The notes under the pieces were generated by a model. It saw nothing but the letters and a program-made list of their open reading frames with translations, did not search any database and was not told the origin of the DNA. Source: an uncultured Chlamydiae bacterium (GTDB lineage: Bacteria > Chlamydiota > Chlamydiia > Chlamydiales > SM23-39). From it: a stretch of 64,000 bases of DNA. Of this stretch, positions 13,530-23,834 are shown one piece after another (position 1 is the first letter of the stretch; the number at the start of each line of letters is the position of its first letter). The position numbers were made by a program, and so were the translations under genes. Location: NCBI GenBank assembly GCA_963828125.1, contig CAWHDP010000002.1:544001-608000 (forward strand), in the 5' to 3' direction.

Positions 13530-14392
13530 GCATGCCTCAATGCGATATGAAGCGCTTTTAGGGCGTCTTCTTTGGTTTCCCAGATCGAGATGAAGCGTCC
13601 TTTATGGCAAAAGATAGCGCCTGGAATACCCGACACTTTTTTCAGATCTGCTTGATGCAATCCGGCCCACGCTTCGGGCAATGGTTTTCGGATCTTCATC
13701 CGTTCGGCAAGGCTCGGGGGAATGCCTCTCAGCTTCCAGTGGCCGCCGGAGGGCATAATGACGAACTGAGCGGGATGGATCTCCCCGCCTAGATCGAAAA
13801 AATTCTCCAGCCACGGCAAGGATTCTTCGAAGAGGAGCGAATCATTTCCCTCGACCATTGCTTTTTTCACAGCTTCGCGGCAGTTCATCGTATATAAATA
13901 TCTCTGTTTCAGTCTGTCCAAATGGCCGATCGCAAAATCGACCGCGGTGAAAAAGGCCTGATCCATCGCCTCGCTGCTCGCATCGTATTCAATCGGCATA
14001 AAATTGGAAATCACCTGGGAAAACGAGGTGACCCCCTGCTCTAATTTAGCGACGCCATTATCGTGAGCGTCGACTCCCATGACGAGCGATTTATTGAAAT
14101 AGTCGTACAAGTGGGGTTCGATGAATCTTTGTTCCTTTAAATAGAGGAGAACCATCCCTGCGCTGCTCATCGTCCCTTGGTATTCGGCCTGGTGGTGATC
14201 AAAGCGCCTCGCGGCAGGGTCGTATTTACCTCCGACATCGCAGACAAAAGCGCAACGGCCCAAGACTTTCATATCGCGCGTCCGGCGGATTTGATTCCGA
14301 TCGATCAGACCGAAGAGGAGCAAGAGCGAGCAAGCCGTCACCTCGTCTGCGTGAAAAGATCCGTCGTGAGTCCCTAAACTGCGCTGTTCCAT
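13526..14392 (-). CDS. MYG1 family exonuclease/metal-dependent hydrolase
   Basis: GTHDGSFHADE, DVGG.YDP...RFDHHQ, FCHKGRFI. Confidence 0.92.
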   Translation of the reverse strand: MEQRSLGTHDGSFHADEVTACSLLLLFGLIDRNQIRRTRDMKVLGRCAFVCDVGGKYDPAARRFDHHQAEYQGTMSSAGMVLLYLKEQRFIEPHLYDYFNKSLVMGVDAHDNGVAKLEQGVTSFSQVISNFMPIEYDASSEAMDQAFFTAVDFAIGHLDRLKQRYLYTMNCREAVKKAMVEGNDSLLFEESLPWLENFFDLGGEIHPAQFVIMPSGGHWKLRGIPPSLAERMKIRKPLPEAWAGLHQADLKKVSGIPGAIFCHKGRFISIWETKEDALKALHIALRHA

Positions 14393-14437
14393 TTTTACCT
14401 CGACCCAGTATACTAGATTCTAAAGCGAGATACAACT

Positions 14438-14899
14438 ATGAAGCTTACAAGCCCTGCTTTCCACGAGGGGGGGATTATTCCTTCCCTTTACACATGTGAG
14501 GGGAAAAATATTTCTCCAACGCTCGATATTTCGGGCGTAGCGCCCCAGGCGAAGAGCCTTGTGCTGATCATGGACGATCCCGATGTGCCGAAGACGCTTC
14601 GCGCCGATGGGATGTACGATCATTGGGTGGTTTTTAACATACCGCCCGGCACCCGGCAAATAAGCGAGCGGGCGGCGCCGCCAGGCATTCAAGGGAAGAA
14701 CACCGGCGGTAAAAACCAATATACCGGTCCCTGTCCTCCCGATCGGGAGCACCGCTATTTTTTCAAACTATATGCGATGGACATTCTTCTCGATTTGCCT
14801 CAGGGAGCTACGAAAAAAGAGGTTGAAAAAGCGATGCACGGGCATATTGTAGGCCAGTGCCAGCTGATGGGCCGGTATGAGAAAGGGAAAGGGTACTGA
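14438..14899 (+). CDS. YbhB/YbcL (PEBP, Raf kinase inhibitor-like) protein
   Basis: DDPD.P, HWVVFNIP, YTGPCPP..HRYFFKLYA. Confidence 0.93.
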   Translation: MKLTSPAFHEGGIIPSLYTCEGKNISPTLDISGVAPQAKSLVLIMDDPDVPKTLRADGMYDHWVVFNIPPGTRQISERAAPPGIQGKNTGGKNQYTGPCPPDREHRYFFKLYAMDILLDLPQGATKKEVEKAMHGHIVGQCQLMGRYEKGKGY

Positions 14900-14902
14900 C
14901 GT

Positions 14903-17050
14903 TTGGAAAGTTATTTAACTCCTCAGCACTACGATCTGGTGACGCCCGACGGGCGGATTACTGAGCTGCGCCGCATGAATGAAAAAAGAGCGATTGCCAC
15001 CGTTCAGATCGAGGAGATCTCTCCCGCTTTTGTCGGTTATGAAATTGAGCCGGAGCTCGTCGTTTTCAACCTGAAGAGCACCCTTGCTCAACTGGGGCTA
15101 AACGGCATAGGGAGCGACTTCTATTTTGAGAGGAGCAAGCATACCGCCCAGCTGAAAGTAGAACTGGTTGGCATTGGATATCTTGGCATAGCGATGTTAG
15201 GTCTGCTTACGGTGGGCGCCTACATCGGCAAGATCTTTGCCGCTGACGAGCGGAGGCGCGTCCGAGACCCTGACTATCTCATGCGGATGTTTGGGAGAGC
15301 GGATCGGAAAGGCCGTCCCCTCCTCTCGTTGGGGGGACTTGAGGGGAGCGGCGCCTTGATCCTTGAAAAGCTCGACGGGAGAACTATCGCCTATATTTCT
15401 CTTCTTGACGGGGTTCTCACCTATGACACCCAAGTGTATGGTTTTCTCCCTACGCTGGCGAGAGCTCTTGAGAAAAACATGCCTCATACCCGCCAGCTCC
15501 TCCACCTCAATCAGCATTGGCAGCCTGGCGTCCCCCGCATCATCAATCCGCAGGAGGTTCTTCTTGTCAGAACCGCCCCCCTTCACATCCGGACCGTATA
15601 TGCGCACGTCGTGAGCCCGCTCCTTCCCCAAGGGATCCGCCACACCACCGCCGATTTTCTTCAACCCGACACGAGCGCCTCTGGGGACATTTATGAGCTT
15701 TATGGCAACAGCAATCAGATAATCGACGACATTCCCCTTGAGTTTTTTACCCTTGAGCCCCACCGCGAGCACGTTTTTTTTGCCGACCGAGACCAACTCA
15801 TTGCCGCCCTGGACGATTCAAGGAGTCTTTTTGAAGCCTTTGCAACCGCCCCTGAGCCAAAGAACCACCTCGCCTCTGTCTTTGTCGTGAAGGGGACCCA
15901 GATGAGGAATTTGCGAGCGAAAGATTGGATTCTGCGCGAGCCCAATAAGCACGAATTTCCGGGGCTATCGCACCCCGCTCGGCAAGCCCAAATCGTTGAA
16001 AAGTATTTAGAGCACCAACCCTCGTTTCCTTTTCTCAAAGCCATTGAAGACGGGCTGATTACCTCGCAAGGGATTCTCCTCGTCCGCCACTTTCCCACCC
16101 CCCTTCTCAAGCGGATGCTTCTCAACGACCTTGTTCAGAGGTGCCTGAAGCGCATTTATTTTAAGATCCCCTCCTGTTCCCACAACGGTTTTTTTTCGCA
16201 TGAAGACAGAGCCATGCTCGTCGATCTTGCGAAATTTGGCATTCCCGTGTTTTGGGTGGACGATCTCTCTGGGAAGATACTCCAATACGTCCTGAAACCC
16301 GAGAAAGAGGCGGGCCTTTTTGTGCCCACTGGCCTGGTCGAAACATTTCGGAAAGCGACTTTTTTTGGCGTATATGGATCGAACCTACAAGAAGGGACCT
16401 TTGAGAAGGAGCTCCGCGCCCTTTTGGAAGGGGTTCTCGCCCTGCGGCAAACGGTGAACCATCCCCTTCTTTCTAAGGACACTCCCCTTGCCCTTCTTAC
16501 GGGAGGCGGCCCTGGCGCGATGGAAGTTGGAAACCGTGTTGCCAAATCTGTTGGGATCCTCTCTTGCGCCAACATTGTTGATTTTCGCTCGAATGACAAA
16601 ACCGTCGTTAACGAGCAGAAGCAGAACCCCTATATTGATGCTAAGATGACCTATCGACTGGATCGGCTTGTTGAGCGGCAAGCTGAGTTTTATCTTGACA
16701 TTGGCATTTTTCTTCCCGGCGGCATTGGGATGGACTTTGAGTATACCCTGGAGGAAGTGCGCCGCAAGACGGGGAGCAGCCCCGCAAATCCGATCCTTCT
16801 CTTTGGAGAGCCCGATTATTGGCGCCGCAAAGTGACCTCGCGATTTCAGCTCAACCGCGAGACAGGGACCACGAAAGGATCTGAGTGGGTGAGCAACTGT
16901 TTTTATTGCATCCAGACAGCCGAGCAGGGGTTATGGGTGCTGCGCCATTTTTTTGAGAATAAGCTGAACATTGGCAAAGAAGGACCCATTTATGACGATG
17001 GATTTTGCATAGTGAAGAAGGCGTCGACGACCTATACACAAAGAACCTGA
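14903..17050 (+). CDS. Large protein with C-terminal LOG-family (Rossmann) domain
   Basis: LLTGGGPGAME.GNR.A, ERQ, LPGGIGMDFE and PILLFG...W in the C-terminal third. Confidence 0.75.
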   Translation: MESYLTPQHYDLVTPDGRITELRRMNEKRAIATVQIEEISPAFVGYEIEPELVVFNLKSTLAQLGLNGIGSDFYFERSKHTAQLKVELVGIGYLGIAMLGLLTVGAYIGKIFAADERRRVRDPDYLMRMFGRADRKGRPLLSLGGLEGSGALILEKLDGRTIAYISLLDGVLTYDTQVYGFLPTLARALEKNMPHTRQLLHLNQHWQPGVPRIINPQEVLLVRTAPLHIRTVYAHVVSPLLPQGIRHTTADFLQPDTSASGDIYELYGNSNQIIDDIPLEFFTLEPHREHVFFADRDQLIAALDDSRSLFEAFATAPEPKNHLASVFVVKGTQMRNLRAKDWILREPNKHEFPGLSHPARQAQIVEKYLEHQPSFPFLKAIEDGLITSQGILLVRHFPTPLLKRMLLNDLVQRCLKRIYFKIPSCSHNGFFSHEDRAMLVDLAKFGIPVFWVDDLSGKILQYVLKPEKEAGLFVPTGLVETFRKATFFGVYGSNLQEGTFEKELRALLEGVLALRQTVNHPLLSKDTPLALLTGGGPGAMEVGNRVAKSVGILSCANIVDFRSNDKTVVNEQKQNPYIDAKMTYRLDRLVERQAEFYLDIGIFLPGGIGMDFEYTLEEVRRKTGSSPANPILLFGEPDYWRRKVTSRFQLNRETGTTKGSEWVSNCFYCIQTAEQGLWVLRHFFENKLNIGKEGPIYDDGFCIVKKASTTYTQRT

Positions 17051-17195
17051 AGAATCGGGAGTTTGGCAAGGAGGCTCCTGAGAATGCTTGTCGGGAACGA
17101 GCGACCCTTGCCGGTAGGCAAGGCGCGAGGGAAGACAGGAACTTTGAGGTAAAGCCGAGTGTATTCTGTCAAACTAATCCTGTAGACGCCCTCGA

Positions 17196-17231
17196 GTCCG
17201 CATGTCTCACACAGACACGAGAAATGCGGGC
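17196..17231. terminator. Hairpin between convergent genes
   Basis: gtccgcatgtctc-N10-gagaaatgcgggc imperfect inverted repeat. Confidence 0.45.
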
Positions 17232-18460
17232 TAGAATCCGTAATTGATGTTGTATTCGAAGTAGTGAGTGCGTTTTTTTGCGAATTGTCCCTCTAGGGAA
17301 TAGCCGTGGTGATAGCCGATATAGGCTCGGAATTTACGACCGATCCCCTGGAGCTTGCTAAATTCGTAGCCCGCCCGGTAGGTTCCATCGAAATTGTAGT
17401 CCAGCTGTTCTAAATTTCTCCAGAGTAGGGCGATGAAACACGTTCCATAGAGCCGCTGTTTTAGGAATTTACTCCCCAAGAAACGGGCCTCTGTTCCGTA
17501 TTCGATATAAATCGGCTTCCATTTAAATGTTGGGTCGCTATGGACATAGACCCCTGGGCCGACATACAATCTGATCGCCTCGCTAGCCTGATAGGATGCG
17601 AAGAAATCGACCGCTTCGATGCTTGGATTCAGCCGCTTCACCGTTGGGTGATCGATCATATATTCATCTCCCAAGTGGCCCGAGATATGGTAACCTCTGA
17701 GCCGAAAGGACCAAGGGCCCACTGCGTAGCTAATTGGGATGCCCACGTAGAAGTCTGTGTTGATCAATTCCGCTGAACCGTGCGCGTAATTTGGGTGAGG
17801 ATCCATATTGAAGACCGACCAGATTCCCGCCTCAATTCCGACTTGTAAATCGCCCCCCCAGAAGAGTTCCAGCCATCGGTAAATTGGGAAGTCATCGCCC
17901 AGGGAGACGCCGATACATTTATTGCCGCAGACCCGATCACCGCTGCGCCAACCGATGCTATAAGTGGCGGCTCTAGGATCAGCGATAAGAGGCAAGAACA
18001 ATTCAGTCATTTGAGGGAACCAGATCCCGCTGATTTTAGGGCGTTCCACATATTTTTCTCGGAGCTGTTCATCGGACGGCGGAACCCCGTCGAGTACATG
18101 TACCTCGATGACGCCGGGCACATCTTTGACGAAGGAGACGATACTGTTGGAGAGGAGTTTATTATTGGGCATATTAGCGAGCCACACCTTGTGATTTTTG
18201 ACCAAAACGATCACCCGGTATTCGGCGTAGTGCATATCGACGAGGGCCTGGATATAGCCCTCGAAGTAAGGATCGGAAGCTCCTTGAATTTCTTCAGGGA
18301 TGCTATCTTTTCTCGACAAGACGGCGGCGACGTTGGCCGCCGTCTCATCTCCCGCCGACAGAAAGACACTCCAAGACAAGAAAAGAGCCAAGGCCTTCGA
18401 TTGAATCGTTCGCATAGATACAAGATCCTGTTGAGGGAGTTGCAACACTCCATTGGGCAT
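17231..18460 (-). CDS. DUF1207-like exported/outer-membrane protein
   Basis: Signal peptide, LF.PLIADPR, LINTDFYVG, H.S.HLGDE, aromatic C-terminus (YGF). Confidence 0.75.
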   Translation of the reverse strand: MPNGVLQLPQQDLVSMRTIQSKALALFLSWSVFLSAGDETAANVAAVLSRKDSIPEEIQGASDPYFEGYIQALVDMHYAEYRVIVLVKNHKVWLANMPNNKLLSNSIVSFVKDVPGVIEVHVLDGVPPSDEQLREKYVERPKISGIWFPQMTELFLPLIADPRAATYSIGWRSGDRVCGNKCIGVSLGDDFPIYRWLELFWGGDLQVGIEAGIWSVFNMDPHPNYAHGSAELINTDFYVGIPISYAVGPWSFRLRGYHISGHLGDEYMIDHPTVKRLNPSIEAVDFFASYQASEAIRLYVGPGVYVHSDPTFKWKPIYIEYGTEARFLGSKFLKQRLYGTCFIALLWRNLEQLDYNFDGTYRAGYEFSKLQGIGRKFRAYIGYHHGYSLEGQFAKKRTHYFEYNINYGF

Positions 18461-18542
18461 AAATTCGCGCCGCGCAGCGAGTTTTGCAAGGCCCTCTGTT
18501 GATTTCTATATACACACTGAGCGTTTATCGACCAAGAAAAAC

Positions 18543-19871
18543 TCAAGAAGTCGCCTTGACAAAGCGGCTTTGGAGCATTTTGATGCCGCTATAAAAGCAG
18601 AGGGAGCCCCCTATGATGAGTGTTTGTAGAGGACCCAGGGCGACGGTGAGCCACCCTCCGAAAGGAGGTGCGACTGCCCCTCGGAGACCCGCCATGACCA
18701 TGTTGACTCCGGTGAAGCGGGAACTCTCATCCTTCCCTGCGAAAATGGGTCCCGACATATTCCAGACCAGATGGCTTCCTCCCTGCCCGATTCCGTAGCA
18801 AAAGTAGGCTATATATAACCAAGCCACGCTCCACACCGAGAAGCTCAGCAATAGAGTAAAAAGCCCGATCATCAAGAAGACCAAACTCGCCATTTTAAAG
18901 ACGCTCACTTTTTGGATCCAGCGGGACCACAGCGGAGATGACAGAGCAAAGCCAAGTCCCTTAGCGATGGAGACAGCCGCGGCCATCTCCAGATAGGAGA
19001 CGCCTAGGACGTCGACTGCAAATAGGGGGATCGCCGGTTGAATCAGCATCAAGCCGAAACCGCTGACCATGAAGCCCCATTGAAATTTTGAGAAATCGGC
19101 CCTTTCTTTCATTAACCGATAGCTATCCCTCCAGGGCCTGAGCAGAAGCTCCTTCACCGAGAGCCGCTCTGGAGGGCTATTTTCGCCTTCCACCACGATG
19201 CGGGACTGCACTGCGAGAGAGAGGAGCCCTACGACCGCCGCTCCAAAGAACAGTATTTTCCATGATCCCGGATCTTTATCGAGCAGCCCTCCGCAAGCGA
19301 GCGCTAAGCCCACGCCCTCCACGTAGCCCATGGCCGAACTGAGGGAGAAGATCCGATGCCGCTTTTCTTCGGTTAAATTGCGCTTGATGATTTCGAGCCA
19401 GGCCGGAATCCCCGCTCTATAGAAAAACATATAGTTGACAGCAGCTCCGATGAGAAACCAGACCGAATCGACCCAAGGACAGAGGAGGAATGGAGCCCGC
19501 ATGAGGAAGCCCGCCCAAAGGACGTTGGACTTGAGTTTTTGGGTCCGGCCCTTTAACCCGGCACTCCAATAAAATGAGAGGATGGTAATGATTGGCTTCA
19601 AGGAGGTCAGAAGGGCGATTTGGAACGGGGAAGCGCCGAGATCCTTGTAAAGGATGAAGACGAGGAAAGAATAGAGGGTAAAAAGGGGCTCCGTGAGGAG
19701 GTTGGTCCAAATGAGAACCCAACTGATCGTCATGGGCGATTGGGGCATACGACCGTCGGTTCCCAGAGCTTTAACACAGTCCAAATTCCAAGGTTTTGGC
19801 CGGTTACTGTATCCTTGGCGTTGTTTAGATGGATCACTCATGCGAGGAGTATGATAACGGGTGCGAACCAT
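18543..19871 (-). CDS. MFS transporter
   Basis: ~12 hydrophobic segments with MFS-like loop motifs; start position uncertain. Confidence 0.82.
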   Translation of the reverse strand: MVRTRYHTPRMSDPSKQRQGYSNRPKPWNLDCVKALGTDGRMPQSPMTISWVLIWTNLLTEPLFTLYSFLVFILYKDLGASPFQIALLTSLKPIITILSFYWSAGLKGRTQKLKSNVLWAGFLMRAPFLLCPWVDSVWFLIGAAVNYMFFYRAGIPAWLEIIKRNLTEEKRHRIFSLSSAMGYVEGVGLALACGGLLDKDPGSWKILFFGAAVVGLLSLAVQSRIVVEGENSPPERLSVKELLLRPWRDSYRLMKERADFSKFQWGFMVSGFGLMLIQPAIPLFAVDVLGVSYLEMAAAVSIAKGLGFALSSPLWSRWIQKVSVFKMASLVFLMIGLFTLLLSFSVWSVAWLYIAYFCYGIGQGGSHLVWNMSGPIFAGKDESSRFTGVNMVMAGLRGAVAPPFGGWLTVALGPLQTLIIGGSLCFYSGIKMLQSRFVKATS

Positions 19872-19979
19872 TCTCTGCTATGTATTAAAAAATTGACAAC
19901 AAAATCCTAGAAGTGATCAGTTTCTGATTGCCAAAAGAGGAAAGATTACGTTAAACTTTTATTCTACCATGCCACGCGT

Positions 19980-20053
<74 letters not shown>

Positions 20054-20128
20054 AACTTTTAAAGGCGTGATTTACAAAGCTTTATGTGTCCTATCAGAGT
20101 GTACCCAAACAGCGATTGTCGCTGGCGC

Positions 20129-20145
20129 GACACACTCCAGACACA
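20129..20145 (+). repeat. Putative integrase arm-type sites GACACA x2 (11-bp period)
   Basis: gacaca-ctcca-gacaca; same motif at 35564-35580 and 42950-42966. Confidence 0.65.
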
Positions 20146-20240
20146 GTAAGGCCCTATCACCCACAGCACTCCACAACAAAAGCCTTTCGGCGATTGCCAT
20201 CGTTGCTCACTTTTTAACCCTTAAAAGTGAAGATTAAAAC

Positions 20241-21314
20241 ATGGCAAGCATCAAAAAACGCAAGACCTCAAAAGGAATCAGCTACCAAGCTCAAATCCGA
20301 AACAACGACGGACACCCTCCCCAATCCAAGAACTTCCCAACCATGCAAGAAGCTAAAGATTGGGTAAGGGACGAAGAAGCCCGCCGCCGCCAAGAAACCT
20401 ACTTCCCCGAACAAGCCAAAAAGAAACGCACGCTCACTGAACTCATTGATCTTTATATCGAAGAAATCCTCCCCTCCAAGCCAAAAAATGCAAAAGACAC
20501 AAAACGCCATCTCGCCTGGTGGAAAGGTGAAATCGGCAAGTATGCCCTCAATCTCATTTCCTATGATCTGATTGATAAATGCCGAAAGAACCTGATCCAA
20601 GGAACCACCACTAAAGGCACTCAGCGCAATCCTGCCACGGTCAACCGATATATGGCTGCTCTCTCTGTCGTCTTTACCTATGGATTCAAGCAACGAGGCT
20701 GGCTTAAAGAAAATCCTCTCCTCCGCTTTAGCAAACTTAGAGAATCAAGAGGACGTGATCGTATCCCCACTCCTGAGGAATGCGACCGACTCTTTGCCGC
20801 CTGTAAACAAAGTCGCAACAAACATCTATACAACATTGTCATCCTGGCCCTGACTACAGGGGCGCGACTAGGTGAAATCTTGGGGCTGACATGGGACTGT
20901 GTTGATTTACAGCACAATTGCCTTCATCTTAAAGAGACAAAAAATAGCCGTCCTCGCTCCGTTCCCCTCACTGATTCAATGGCGCAGTTTTTTCAACAGC
21001 TTCAATTTACTAGATTGCCTAATCAACAGTTCGTATTTCCAGGGCGAAAACCTTTTCAAAAAACTTCCATTCGAAAAGCATGGGATGGGGCCCGTAATCG
21101 TGCAGGAATCACCAACCTGCGCTTTCATGATTCTCGTCACTTCTTTTCCACAGTCGCAGCTCAAGTCGCCATGAATACAACCCAGTTAGCCGTTGCGACT
21201 GGGCATAAATCCATGCAAATGTTGCTCCGCTATACGCACCAGGACGCAAACCATACACGCACTCTCACCGAAAGCGTTCACAACAAACTGCTTCAAACAG
21301 GAACTAAATCATGA
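20241..21314 (+). CDS. int: Tyrosine recombinase/integrase (intact)
   Basis: TGARLGE (R), TKN (K), FHDSRH (HxxR), GH, RYTH (Y); directly after the tRNA. Confidence 0.95.
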   Translation: MASIKKRKTSKGISYQAQIRNNDGHPPQSKNFPTMQEAKDWVRDEEARRRQETYFPEQAKKKRTLTELIDLYIEEILPSKPKNAKDTKRHLAWWKGEIGKYALNLISYDLIDKCRKNLIQGTTTKGTQRNPATVNRYMAALSVVFTYGFKQRGWLKENPLLRFSKLRESRGRDRIPTPEECDRLFAACKQSRNKHLYNIVILALTTGARLGEILGLTWDCVDLQHNCLHLKETKNSRPRSVPLTDSMAQFFQQLQFTRLPNQQFVFPGRKPFQKTSIRKAWDGARNRAGITNLRFHDSRHFFSTVAAQVAMNTTQLAVATGHKSMQMLLRYTHQDANHTRTLTESVHNKLLQTGTKS

Positions 21315-22435
21315 ATGGAAATGAACAGCTCGCCAGACAAATGCGTCAAATAGTCACTGATATCGATGAATATTTCAATCTAAAGGGACTGGAGAATCAA
21401 AAGAAAAATCCCCATCAAATCGAAGATCAAACGTTAGAATCAGTTCTTGCATGCCCCTTAAAAAATGAGATTCCTAATTCCCTCTGTTTGCGATCATCAG
21501 ATACGGAACTTTTACTTTGGCCAGGACTTAGACTTCATGATCAAGAAGAACAAAAAAAAGTAAACATTCTATCCATTAACTTAAAAAACCCTTCCTTCAT
21601 TTTTTTCCACAACCCTTTTTTTGATCCGCGTCTCGGAGAAACGATCGCTCAGTCATATGAAAGATTTTTGGCCTTCCGAAGATCTAGAAAACATCGCAAG
21701 TATTCAGAATTAATCGGGAAATGGGGACAAAAGCTGGAAGGAGTGATTTTCAAAAAGAGTCGCTTCATTCCACTTGAACATCTTCTCCTAATTAGAAATT
21801 GGGAACGAATGCTTTTCAATCCCATAGAACGCAACTCAAAAAAAATGCCTATCAAGGGCAGATGGAAAGAAGGAGAAGCCATCGACATTTTAACCGCCGC
21901 TCGGTTGATTCTTTACTTCGCTAAGGAATTCATTCAAAAGCCACATAAGCTGAAAAGCGCGAAAATCGCGTGTCTCCTTTGGCTCTTAATCAGGTTAACA
22001 ATCATTGACGGCGAGAGTTTTTTTTCCCTAGACTACCTCACCTCTCTTAAAGTAAGCGATCTGCATTTGGAATCCGAAATCATCACTATCGAAGGTTCTT
22101 CATTTCCAATATCCAATGGACTCAGTTCTCTTCTCTCTATTCTGATCTCCCTCTCTCCCAACCTTTTGTTTGAGGGCATCCTGGTTGATTCCTTAGACAA
22201 TCTCTTCAAAACCATTTCTCCATCTATTTGTCGCCAAGAAAAACCTATACTCCCAAGCGCATTCCTCTCCTTTCCTCACCTTTGGATCGGTCATAGAATT
22301 CCTCAACCACTACTGCACTCCAAAAGACAGGGATTTGTACTATCGCAACAACTTCACTACGAATGTTTACTCAAGTCTTTGGGGCTACCGACTCAGTGCT
22401 TTTATCAGAGCTTTCTAGATCAAAAAAAGCCATAA
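21311..22435 (+). CDS. Hypothetical protein; C-terminal half resembles a degenerate tyrosine-recombinase fold
   Basis: ATGA overlap with int; LTSLKVSDLHL..EIITI...FPIS..L..LL...LLF pattern without catalytic residues. Confidence 0.5.
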   Translation: MNGNEQLARQMRQIVTDIDEYFNLKGLENQKKNPHQIEDQTLESVLACPLKNEIPNSLCLRSSDTELLLWPGLRLHDQEEQKKVNILSINLKNPSFIFFHNPFFDPRLGETIAQSYERFLAFRRSRKHRKYSELIGKWGQKLEGVIFKKSRFIPLEHLLLIRNWERMLFNPIERNSKKMPIKGRWKEGEAIDILTAARLILYFAKEFIQKPHKLKSAKIACLLWLLIRLTIIDGESFFSLDYLTSLKVSDLHLESEIITIEGSSFPISNGLSSLLSILISLSPNLLFEGILVDSLDNLFKTISPSICRQEKPILPSAFLSFPHLWIGHRIPQPLLHSKRQGFVLSQQLHYECLLKSLGLPTQCFYQSFLDQKKP

Positions 22436-22589
22436 CAAGCTCTCATTAAGATAGATGTATAAAAATCTCCGATCATCTCTTTTCCTGTTCATGGGTTGCT
22501 GTGACTTGTGACCTTCAATCAACTAGAATTGTGGGAAATTGACGATGATTATCGTCTTAAGTTTAAGCCAATAAAAAGGAGATTTATTT

Positions 22590-22817
22590 ATGAACCAACA
22601 TTTCCCGATAGAAAACAAAATTTCACCAGAACTACCGCAATATTGCACAGTACACCAGATCGTCAGTGATCGGTCCTTCTGTTTTACCGAATCGATGCTT
22701 CGATACTATATCCTTCATGCGCATAAAAATGGATTCAAAAAAGTAGTCAGACGTATTGGCCGAAAAGTGGTTTTGCGGCGAGATTTACTCATATCCTGGC
22801 TAGAAGAGCATTCGGCT
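22590..22817 (+). CDS. Excisionase/AlpA-like DNA-binding protein, interrupted by IS21 four codons before its stop
   Basis: FTESMLRYYI...VRRIGRKVVL....LISWL; native end KRGL* lies at 25206-25220; AGGAG RBS. Confidence 0.7.
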
Positions 22818-23005
22818 TGTCAAGCGACACCAGAAAGTGACCCACCGGCGACATTGAAAAGTGACCCACCCCCAATCTTTTCTTTAATGACTACGGCTGC
22901 CTAACGACAGCCATATTGGTGCTTTAGCGGTAGTCAGAGGATATGCAAAGCTCTGAGTTGGTGCTGAGGCACAATACTTCTCTTCCACCGAAGGAGAGAG
23001 GAGGC

Positions 23006-23027
23006 CCCCTCCCCCATGGGGGAGGGG
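23006..23027. terminator. Perfect 22-bp palindrome downstream of istB
   Basis: cccctcccccatgggggagggg. Confidence 0.6.
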
Positions 23028-23042
23028 CGAAAACTAAATTTT

Positions 23043-23834
23043 TTACTTCCCTTCTAGAGTCTCCGATTGAAGGACTGTTGTTTTAACCAATCCAGATTTT
23101 CGTTTTTCTTTCAGCCGATAACTTTCTCCGCGAATAGTGACTACATGGCTGTGATGCAAGAGGCGATCTAAAATTGCTGTTGCAACTACAGTATCGCCAA
23201 AAACTTCCCCCCATTCGCTGACTGAACGATTACTCGTAATTAAGGTACTTCCTTTCTCGTATCGTCGGGAGATCAACTGAAAAAATAAATGAGCCGCTTT
23301 CGGATCAAAGGGAAGATATCCAAGTTCATCGATAATCAGCAATTTGGGTTTCGAATACCAAACAATCTTGTCTTCAAGACGACCTTCTTGGTGAGCCCGA
23401 GCGAGCTGGGTCAAAAGAGTGGTCGCCGGAGTAAAAAGAACTGTGTATCCTAACCGAATGGCTTCATTGCCAAGCGCAACAGCTAAATGAGTTTTCCCAA
23501 CTCCAGGAGGGCCTAATAACAGAAGAGCATCTCCATTGGCAATCCAACGACAAGTTCCAAGTTCGCGTATTTGACCGGCATCCAATGATGGCTGCGCACT
23601 AAAATCAAACTGTTCAAGAGTTCTTGCATAGGGGAATTTAGCCATCGAGAATCCACGGCGATTACGGGTGTGTTCTCTCTGCTGCATTTCTTGTTCGCAA
23701 AAAAAAGCTAGAGCTTCTCGTAAATTCATTTTCTTACGAGATGCTTCATCGAGAAGGTTGTCGAGTTTGTCTCGGATAGTTGAGAGTTTCAATCGGTGGA
23801 GTGTAGCTACAAGATTTTCATGATTGATGGTCAT
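23043..23834 (-). CDS. istB: IS21 helper ATPase IstB
   Basis: GPPGVGKTHLA, LLIIDELGY, AILDRLLHH, GESYR; TAATG overlap with istA. Confidence 0.96.
   Translation of the reverse strand: MTINHENLVATLHRLKLSTIRDKLDNLLDEASRKKMNLREALAFFCEQEMQQREHTRNRRGFSMAKFPYARTLEQFDFSAQPSLDAGQIRELGTCRWIANGDALLLLGPPGVGKTHLAVALGNEAIRLGYTVLFTPATTLLTQLARAHQEGRLEDKIVWYSKPKLLIIDELGYLPFDPKAAHLFFQLISRRYEKGSTLITSNRSVSEWGEVFGDTVVATAILDRLLHHSHVVTIRGESYRLKEKRKSGLVKTTVLQSETLEGK

Noticed and set aside
22818..22904. C-terminal PPAT repeats of ORF 22590..22904
   Set aside because: Read-through into the IS21 terminal repeats
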